A program made the translations under genes and the position numbers. From Bacillus subtilis subsp. subtilis str. 168 (GTDB taxonomy: Bacteria > Bacillota > Bacilli > Bacillales > Bacillaceae): DNA of 64,000 bases. This document shows, in pieces, positions 56,986 through 64,000 of the stretch (position 1 is its first letter; every line of letters begins with the position of its first letter). The DNA lies in assembly GCF_000009045.1 (NCBI RefSeq), contig NC_000964.3:930001-994000 (forward strand), given 5' to 3'. The notes beneath the pieces are model-generated. The model saw nothing but the letters and a program-made list of their open reading frames with translations, was not told the DNA's origin and did no database searches.

Positions 56986-58377
56986 TTGGAGACTTTACTG
57001 GTTGTATTACATGTATTTATTTTATTTTTACTTATCTTAGGGCTCTTTGTTATGCAGAAAAAACATGTTTCCTTCTCTAAACGTGTATTTACTGCGCTGG
57101 GGCTGGGGATTGTATTCGGATTTGCGCTTCAGCTGATTTACGGCCCGACTTCAAATATAGTCATTCAAACAGCCGACTGGTTTAATATTGCCGGGGGCGG
57201 ATATGTCAAATTGCTTCAGATGGTTGTCATGCCGCTCGTCTTTATTTCGATTCTCGGCGCCTTTACAAAGCTGAAGCTGACAAAAAATCTTGGGAAAATC
57301 AGCGGTTTGATTATCGGGATTTTAGTAGCAACAACAGCAGTTGCTGCAGCTGTCGGTATCGCGTCCGCGCTTTCATTTGATCTGCAGGCGATTCAGGTTG
57401 ACCAAGGAAGTACAGAGCTTTCACGGGGACAGGAGCTTCAGCAGAAATCAGAGGATATGACAGCGAAAACGCTGCCGCAGCAGATTGTTGAACTGCTGCC
57501 TGGAAACCCGTTTTTAGATTTTACGGGAGCTAGACCGACTTCAACGATCGCTGTCGTTATTTTTGCCGCTTTCCTTGGAGTGGCATTCCTCGGCGTAAAA
57601 CACAAACAGCCGGAACAGGCAGAAACATTTAAAAAACTGGTTGATGCCGTTTATGCCATTGTCATGCGTGTTGTCACACTCATTTTGAGACTGACGCCTT
57701 ATGGGGTGCTGGCCATCATGACAAAAACAATTGCAACGAGTGATCTTGACAGCATTCTAAAACTGGGCATGTTCGTGATTGCATCATATGCCGCGTTAAT
57801 CACTATGTTTATCATTCATTTGCTGCTGCTGACGTTCAGCGGCTTGAATCCGGTGATTTATTTGAAAAAAGCGGTGCCTGTACTTGTATTTGCATTTACG
57901 TCAAGGTCTAGCGCAGGTGCTTTACCGCTGAATATTAAAACACAGAGAAGCATGGGTGTACCGGAGGGAATCGCAAACTTTGCCGGTTCGTTCGGTCTTT
58001 CGATCGGCCAAAATGGATGTGCCGGCATTTATCCTGCGATGCTGGCGATGATGATTGCTCCGACTGTCGGCCAAAATCCATTTGACCCGGTGTTTATTAT
58101 CACTGTTATCGCAGTCGTTGCCATCAGCTCCTTCGGGGTTGCCGGAGTCGGCGGCGGAGCGACATTCGCGGCGCTTCTTGTTTTATCATCATTAAACATG
58201 CCTGTCGCGCTCGCCGGTTTGTTAATCTCAATTGAACCGTTAATCGACATGGGGCGTACTGCTTTGAATGTCAGCGGAAGCATGACATCCGGTCTTATTA
58301 CAAGTAAGGTCACAAAAGAAATTGATCAAGGGGCATTTCATGATCAATCCAGAGTGATTGAAGCTGAAGAAGCGTAA
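56986..58377 (+). CDS. tcyP: L-cystine:cation symporter (DAACS family)
   Basis: 463 aa, TTG start; FTSRSSAGALP, SIGQNGCAG and DMGRTALNV motifs. Confidence 0.96.
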   Translation: METLLVVLHVFILFLLILGLFVMQKKHVSFSKRVFTALGLGIVFGFALQLIYGPTSNIVIQTADWFNIAGGGYVKLLQMVVMPLVFISILGAFTKLKLTKNLGKISGLIIGILVATTAVAAAVGIASALSFDLQAIQVDQGSTELSRGQELQQKSEDMTAKTLPQQIVELLPGNPFLDFTGARPTSTIAVVIFAAFLGVAFLGVKHKQPEQAETFKKLVDAVYAIVMRVVTLILRLTPYGVLAIMTKTIATSDLDSILKLGMFVIASYAALITMFIIHLLLLTFSGLNPVIYLKKAVPVLVFAFTSRSSAGALPLNIKTQRSMGVPEGIANFAGSFGLSIGQNGCAGIYPAMLAMMIAPTVGQNPFDPVFIITVIAVVAISSFGVAGVGGGATFAALLVLSSLNMPVALAGLLISIEPLIDMGRTALNVSGSMTSGLITSKVTKEIDQGAFHDQSRVIEAEEA

Positions 58378-58416
58378 CATATGAAAACGTGTAATCCAAG
58401 AGGATTACACGTTTTT

Positions 58417-58872
58417 TTAACGGCCAGGCTCTAAGTCCTCCAGCATTTCCATCATCGTGTTGTCGTCCATGACATTCATTGCGTTTTGTTCAAAATGAAT
58501 GGGTTCAGCATAATGCGGCTGTCTTTTTTTCGCGGCTGTCTCAGTTTGCCTAGTTTGAGACTGTGTATGCTGATGCTGTGGTTGCTGCTGTCCAGCGTGC
58601 TGGTGCTGACGGCCATTTTGCCGCTGGCTTTGATGCTGCGAACGGTCCTGGTTATCACCGCTGCTTCCGCTGCTTCCGCTAAATGCTTGTTTGACCATGT
58701 TTCCTACATTAGAAGCATCAAACGTGTTATTTTCTGAATTTCGTCTGTTCATTTGTCCTGTGATAAACCCGCTGATTCTTTGGCGGATCTGAGGTGATAA
58801 TGCAGTAATAAGCATAGTTGATCCTATGATCAATGCTGCGGGGCTGATTCCTCTTCGCTGGTTGAACAACAT
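58417..58872 (-). CDS. yhcM: Gln/Ser-rich sporulation-associated protein
   Basis: 151 aa; SD AAAGGAGG; low-complexity Q/H-rich core. Confidence 0.85.
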   Translation of the reverse strand: MLFNQRRGISPAALIIGSTMLITALSPQIRQRISGFITGQMNRRNSENNTFDASNVGNMVKQAFSGSSGSSGDNQDRSQHQSQRQNGRQHQHAGQQQPQHQHTQSQTRQTETAAKKRQPHYAEPIHFEQNAMNVMDDNTMMEMLEDLEPGR

Positions 58873-59021
58873 GATCCCTCCTTTGCAGTGTATTCATATT
58901 TTCCCCCTCGTTAGACAAATTAACCGTTATATTTCCCGGGAAAGCATTTCCTCCAGATTTGCATGCATAATTAAAGCCAGTTAGAAAAACCTATAAGTAA
59001 AGTGATAAAGGAGGAATTCAC

Positions 59022-59591
59022 ATGTTTGGAAAAAAACAAGTCCTTGCGTCTGTGCTTCTTATCCCTTTGCTTATGACTGGCTGCGGTGTAGCCGACCAAG
59101 GTGAGGGCAGACGTGATAATAATGATGTAAGAAACGTAAATTATCGAAATCCGGCCAATGACGATATGCGGAATGTAAACAATCGGGATAACGTTGACAA
59201 CAATGTTAATGATAATGTCAATAACAATCGTGTAAATGACGATAATAACAACGACCGAAAACTTGAGGTTGCTGATGAAGCAGCTGATAAAGTAACAGAC
59301 CTAAAAGAAGTAAAGCATGCCGATATCATTGTGGCTGGAAATCAAGCCTACGTTGCAGTCGTTTTAACCAATGGAAATAAAGGTGCAGTAGAAAACAATC
59401 TGAAGAAAAAAATAGCCAAAAAGGTAAGATCTACTGACAAAAACATTGATAATGTTTACGTTTCAGCTAACCCTGATTTTGTAGAGCGTATGCAAGGATA
59501 TGGAAAGCGTATTCAAAATGGTGACCCAATCGCCGGATTATTTGATGAATTTACACAAACTGTACAGCGTGTATTCCCTAACGCTGAATAA
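59022..59591 (+). CDS. yhcN: YhcN/YlaJ-family spore lipoprotein
   Basis: 189 aa; lipobox MTG-C, Asn/Asp-rich tract, VYVSANPDF motif. Confidence 0.93.
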   Translation: MFGKKQVLASVLLIPLLMTGCGVADQGEGRRDNNDVRNVNYRNPANDDMRNVNNRDNVDNNVNDNVNNNRVNDDNNNDRKLEVADEAADKVTDLKEVKHADIIVAGNQAYVAVVLTNGNKGAVENNLKKKIAKKVRSTDKNIDNVYVSANPDFVERMQGYGKRIQNGDPIAGLFDEFTQTVQRVFPNAE

Positions 59592-59636
59592 ATGAAAGAA
59601 GCCGCACAATTTGTGCGGCTTTTTCTTTGCGTTAAT

Positions 59637-59667
59637 GACACACTGCGAACTCAGGCTGCATAGAGTA
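59637..59667 (+). promoter_or_regulatory. SigK-type promoter of yhcO
   Basis: CACA-N16-CATAGAGTA fits the SigK consensus. Confidence 0.55.
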
Positions 59668-59711
59668 AAAATAAAAAGGTACAAGACGGACCGGCTCAGG
59701 GAGGGAGACGT

Positions 59712-60680
59712 TTGCGGGATGGCATAGGAAAGCGTGCGGCATCCGCTCTATTCCTGTGCGGAGTCCTTGTGATGCTGGCTGTAAGCTCAGCCATCGTATC
59801 AAGCGCGATGTATATCCTGTCTTTTCCAGGTCAGGCATCTGGAATAACAAAAGAACAAGTGACGAAGCACATGAAGAAAGAGTCATTCAAACAGGCCGAT
59901 ATTTATTACACTTCTAAGGAAAAGTCCTTACTGCCATTGACGAAAGAAACGCTTGAATATGCGGTCAGTATTAATCAGATTATGATTGGATATTCGAATC
60001 AAAAGCCTATTGACATTATTTTTTTTCCTAATGAAAAACAGATGGAGGCTTACTCCGGTTTATTGGATGTAGTTGGTTTTTATTCTGAACGGGAGCAGCT
60101 GATCGGATTGTTGCCTGAAGAGAAAAAGAAACTGTTAGAAGGGGACGAGGTAGCGGTTTATTTGTACCAGAGATTGTTGATTCATGAATACTCGCACCAT
60201 GCGTTTCACCAGAAATTGAAGGAGCTTGAGACGGATCCCGATGAGTTTCCGTTATGGTTTCATGAAGGGTTAAGCGAGTGGATTGCGAACTATGAATTGC
60301 TCATAGATCCGATCACGTTTTCTGTCGTGCCCTTTGACCGTTTGCAGACTGATCGAGACTGGCAGGAAGCTAGAGCCGAATATGACACTGATGTCTATTT
60401 GCAAAGCTTTTATATGATCGATGAGCTGACGGACAAATACGGGAAAGACATTATTTCAGAAATGATTAAGGAAACGGCAAAAAAAGGGGACTTTGAAAAA
60501 GGGTTTAAATCAGCAACAAAGGAAAGTCTTGATCAATTTGAAAAAGATTTTAAGAAAAAATTTGAAAAAAACAGTGCGGCATTGGATAGTATCTATCCAA
60601 TGCCTTTGTTATTAGTGAAGTCCTTGCTGACCCATTCCGCCTTGTGTCGGAGGCATTTGTCCTTGGGCAGGGGCGAATGA
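59712..60680 (+). CDS. yhcO: putative secreted zincin metallopeptidase
   Basis: 322 aa, TTG start; N-terminal hydrophobic segment, HEYSH and WFHEGLSE motifs. Confidence 0.82.
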   Translation: MRDGIGKRAASALFLCGVLVMLAVSSAIVSSAMYILSFPGQASGITKEQVTKHMKKESFKQADIYYTSKEKSLLPLTKETLEYAVSINQIMIGYSNQKPIDIIFFPNEKQMEAYSGLLDVVGFYSEREQLIGLLPEEKKKLLEGDEVAVYLYQRLLIHEYSHHAFHQKLKELETDPDEFPLWFHEGLSEWIANYELLIDPITFSVVPFDRLQTDRDWQEARAEYDTDVYLQSFYMIDELTDKYGKDIISEMIKETAKKGDFEKGFKSATKESLDQFEKDFKKKFEKNSAALDSIYPMPLLLVKSLLTHSALCRRHLSLGRGE

Positions 60681-61265
60681 ATTTCGCAGCTGTTCCATAT
60701 CCTGCGCATCAAGCTGAGGAACCTGGTAATAGCCGTGTTTGTTTTGGTATAGGAAAATTTCAAATGCCATTTCAACATACTCCTGAATTTGCGCAGACAG
60801 TACGCGTCTTACGGCCGGATTTGTCATTTCCAGAGAAGCCATCGTCAGCATAGAAGCTTGTGCTTTAATCGCGCAAAGCATTTGTCGGCTGATGATGCTG
60901 TCATCAATATCATTCATGGATTGAACAGGTTTTTTAGGCTGTGACGGCTGCATGCCGTAAACAGTCTGGTTGTCTTCCTTCATCATATAAGTTGCTGTTT
61001 TTTGTGAAGGTTCGCTTCCTGTTTTGAAGCATTCTGCAGTTATATTGTATTGAGATGTGATGAATTGATGTTGACGATCAAGGATGTTTAGTAATTCTTG
61101 ATCCTTACAGAATTGTCTCAGCATCATAAACTGATCAAGCACAGTAAGTGTTCCGGAAAGCACCTCATGCATATCAAACATTTCATGTCCGCCGTGGTTT
61201 TTATGCGGTTTGCCAGGAATACCTTTGTTCATTTGGGATTGCTGCTGCTGATTGAACTGATCCAA
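60612..61265 (-). CDS. yhcQ: Coat_F-domain spore protein
   Basis: 217 aa, TTG start, SD AAAGGAGG; two Coat_F-like repeats. Confidence 0.88.
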   Translation of the reverse strand: MDQFNQQQQSQMNKGIPGKPHKNHGGHEMFDMHEVLSGTLTVLDQFMMLRQFCKDQELLNILDRQHQFITSQYNITAECFKTGSEPSQKTATYMMKEDNQTVYGMQPSQPKKPVQSMNDIDDSIISRQMLCAIKAQASMLTMASLEMTNPAVRRVLSAQIQEYVEMAFEIFLYQNKHGYYQVPQLDAQDMEQLRNSFAPAQGQMPPTQGGMGQQGLH

Positions 61266-61410
61266 ACCGAATTCCTCCTTTTTTTTCAGATCAGCTGTAT
61301 TTTGTGTCAGTCTGCCGTGTATTATGCAGAAGCCTGAAAGGAATTATATGCTGTCTGTCGAAATGATAAGCAGACAAAATCGTTGTCATTATGTGTATAA
61401 GGGAGGAAAT

Positions 61411-64000
61411 ATGATGAGGCGTATTCTGCATATTGTGTTGATCACGGCATTAATGTTCTTAAATGTAATGTACACGTTCGAAGCTGTAAAGGCAGCTGAA
61501 CCGCAACAGCCTATATCGATTGAGAAGGCAATACAGCAAAAAGAAGGACAGGCACTTGTCGAAGGATATGCAGTCGGCCAGGCTGTTTCCCCGCAGCATT
61601 ATAAACTGACAAGCCCTTTTTCAAATGATTATAATGTTGCGCTGGCAGACCGTAAAAACAAAACATCGCCCGAACACATCCTTCCTGTGCAAATCCCCTC
61701 CGCCTTCAGAAGCCAATTTGGGCTGCAAACCAATCCGCTTCTTCTTGGGAAAAAGATAACGGTTCAAGGAAAGCTTGAAAATTACTTTAACACGACAGGA
61801 CTTAAAAACGTTCAGTCGATGAACGTAACCGATGACACAAAAACTCCGCCGGCTGAACAGCAAGTGACCATAAATGAAGCACGGGGAAGGCTGAATGAAG
61901 AAGTAACGATAAAAGGGATCATTACAGCTGATCAAAACGCAATCGGAGGCGGGAAGCTGTCGACCTTTTTGCAAGATGAAACCGGAGGCATTAACATTTA
62001 TTCGCCATCCCCTGAACAATTTCCCGAATTAAAAGAGGGTATGGATGTCACGGTGACAGGGAAAATCACGTCTTACCAGGGGCTGAAAGAAATCGTTCCA
62101 AACTCATCAGGCATCAAAATCAACCAGTCAAATCAATCCCTCCCCGCCCCCAAACACTTAACAATCAATGAACTTATTAACGGCAGCCTAGGTGATCAGT
62201 ATGAAGGACGCCTTGTGAAACTAACCGCTTTTGTTTCCTCAATTCCAAGTTCTCCTGCCGGCGGCGGTTACAATGTAACAATGATTGATGACGACCATCA
62301 TGCAATGACGCTCCGGGTTATGAATGAAACAGGGGTGATAAACGAGCTTGATGAGGGCAAATGGTATGAATTTACCGGTGTGTTAAGCAGATACCAAACC
62401 TTTCAGCTGCTTCCGCGAAAATCGGCTGACCTGAAGCTGCTTGAAGAGCAGCCCGCACCTCCGTCTGCAGAGGGAGAATATGAAGGGATTGTTGACCGGG
62501 TAGTTGACGGCGATACCATTCATCTTAAATCTCCGGTGCTTGGAACGACAAAAATCCGGTTTGTAAATGTAGATGCACCCGAAACATATCACACACCAAA
62601 AAATGACGCAGATGAAAATCAATTAAGATTTGGCAAAAAAGCATCTGACTATCTAAAAACGGTTCTGTCCCCGGGTGATAAAATTACTGTCAAGGTCGGG
62701 AGTGAAGCCAAGGACAGCTATGGCAGATTGCTCGGACAAGTCATAACCGAATCAGGTTCAAACGTGAACTTAGAGCTTGTAAAAAACGGCTATGCTCCGA
62801 CGTATTTTATTTGGCCGGTTGACAATGAAGAGGATTATCAGCAATTTCAGGCCGCAGTAGCCGCTGCAAAAAAAGATCAAAAAGGAATTTGGAATGAAAA
62901 CGATCCCCTCATGGAAATGCCGTTTGAATTCAGAGCCAGAGAGCAAGGGAAAGGCCTGACAAGATATGTGGGGGACTCGTCGAATAAAACATATGTGCAG
63001 CCAGCTGACTGGAAGAAGATAGCTGTGGAAAACAGAATTTTCTTCGCCTCAGCAAGTGAAGCGGAGAGCGCGGGATATAAAAAAAGGCAAACGGCACCTC
63101 AAGAACATGTGCCGCTTAGAATTCTCAGCATGAATGATTTGCATGGCAAAATCGATCAGCAATATGAGCTTGATCTTGATGGAAATGGAACTGTAGACGG
63201 CACGTTTGGACGCATGGATTATGCCGCCGCATATTTAAAAGAAAAAAAGGCTGAAAAGAAAAACTCGCTGATTGTGCACGCGGGAGATATGATCGGCGGA
63301 AGCTCTCCAGTTTCCTCTCTTCTTCAGGATGAACCGACTGTAGAACTGATGGAGGACATCGGATTTGATGTCGGAACCGTGGGAAACCACGAATTTGATG
63401 AAGGCACGGATGAACTTCTGAGGATCTTAAATGGCGGTGATCATCCGAAAGGCACAAGCGGATATGATGGACAGAACTTTCCCCTTGTATGTGCCAATTG
63501 TAAAATGAAATCAACTGGAGAGCCCTTTTTGCCGGCTTACGACATCATTAATGTGGAGGGCGTACCCGTTGCTTTTATCGGAGTTGTCACACAGTCGGCA
63601 GCTGGCATGGTTATGCCTGAAGGAATAAAAAATATCGAGTTTACAGATGAAGCAACAGCGGTGAATAAGGCGGCCGAAGAGCTCAAGAAAAAAGGCGTGA
63701 AGGCCATCGCGGTTCTCGCACATATGTCAGCTGAACAAAACGGCAACGCCATTACCGGTGAGTCTGCTGATCTTGCAAACAAAACAGATTCTGAAATTGA
63801 CGTGATTTTTGCCGCGCATAATCATCAGGTTGTTAACGGTGAAGTGAATGGAAAACTGATTGTTCAAGCGTTTGAATATGGAAAAGCGATAGGTGTCGTT
63901 GATGTAGAGATCGATAAAACGACAAAAGACATTGTCAAAAAGTCCGCGGAAATCGTATATGTTGATCAAAGTAAAATCGAACCGGATGTCAGCGCGTCAG
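61411..64000 (+). CDS. yhcR: extracellular sugar-nonspecific nuclease / 5'-nucleotidase, 3'-truncated by the window edge
   Basis: Signal peptide MMRRILHIVLITALMF...AVKA; OB-fold repeats; thermonuclease VDGDTI...NVDAPET; metallophosphoesterase MNDLHG, HAGDMIG and GNHEFD motifs. Confidence 0.93.
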   Translation, partial: MMRRILHIVLITALMFLNVMYTFEAVKAAEPQQPISIEKAIQQKEGQALVEGYAVGQAVSPQHYKLTSPFSNDYNVALADRKNKTSPEHILPVQIPSAFRSQFGLQTNPLLLGKKITVQGKLENYFNTTGLKNVQSMNVTDDTKTPPAEQQVTINEARGRLNEEVTIKGIITADQNAIGGGKLSTFLQDETGGINIYSPSPEQFPELKEGMDVTVTGKITSYQGLKEIVPNSSGIKINQSNQSLPAPKHLTINELINGSLGDQYEGRLVKLTAFVSSIPSSPAGGGYNVTMIDDDHHAMTLRVMNETGVINELDEGKWYEFTGVLSRYQTFQLLPRKSADLKLLEEQPAPPSAEGEYEGIVDRVVDGDTIHLKSPVLGTTKIRFVNVDAPETYHTPKNDADENQLRFGKKASDYLKTVLSPGDKITVKVGSEAKDSYGRLLGQVITESGSNVNLELVKNGYAPTYFIWPVDNEEDYQQFQAAVAAAKKDQKGIWNENDPLMEMPFEFRAREQGKGLTRYVGDSSNKTYVQPADWKKIAVENRIFFASASEAESAGYKKRQTAPQEHVPLRILSMNDLHGKIDQQYELDLDGNGTVDGTFGRMDYAAAYLKEKKAEKKNSLIVHAGDMIGGSSPVSSLLQDEPTVELMEDIGFDVGTVGNHEFDEGTDELLRILNGGDHPKGTSGYDGQNFPLVCANCKMKSTGEPFLPAYDIINVEGVPVAFIGVVTQSAAGMVMPEGIKNIEFTDEATAVNKAAEELKKKGVKAIAVLAHMSAEQNGNAITGESADLANKTDSEIDVIFAAHNHQVVNGEVNGKLIVQAFEYGKAIGVVDVEIDKTTKDIVKKSAEIVYVDQSKIEPDVSAS

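Noticed and set aside
59110-59260. AAT/GAT-rich quasi-repeats in yhcN and CAG/CAA-rich tract in yhcM
   Set aside because: These are low-complexity Asn/Asp and Gln coding regions, not CRISPR or a VNTR; there is no constant repeat-spacer pattern.

Overview
This window is an ordinary core-chromosome segment of Bacillus subtilis, a 168-like strain. It runs from the 3' part of yfhM to the 5' part of yhcR. In order it holds: the csbB-yfhO lipoteichoic-acid glycosylation genes, mutY, fabL, sspE, gsaB, bcp and perR; a complete rRNA operon (rrnD) with a variant 5S gene and the 16-tRNA trnD cluster; spo0M, TPP riboswitch-thiC, senS, katA, ssuBACD, Zur-controlled rpsNB, a solitary tRNA-Gly, queG and trmL; the yhbDEF bactofilin locus, prkA-yhbH, the yhbIJ-yhcABC efflux locus, the yhcEFGHI ABC locus, cspB, dgcK, tcyP and several sporulation genes. 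I found no prophage, IS element or CRISPR array. The most unusual observations are: (1) a duplicated promoter + hairpin + terminator leader module upstream of both senS and ssuB, with compensatory base changes; (2) a 29-codon membrane-peptide ORF with its own SD, promoter and terminator between yhbF and prkA, missing from the ORF track; (3) two genes (ygzC, ygaN) whose best SD points at non-canonical ATT or CTG start codons; and (4) several candidate operators. Gene names come from my recollection of B. subtilis proteins and gene order; no database search was run.
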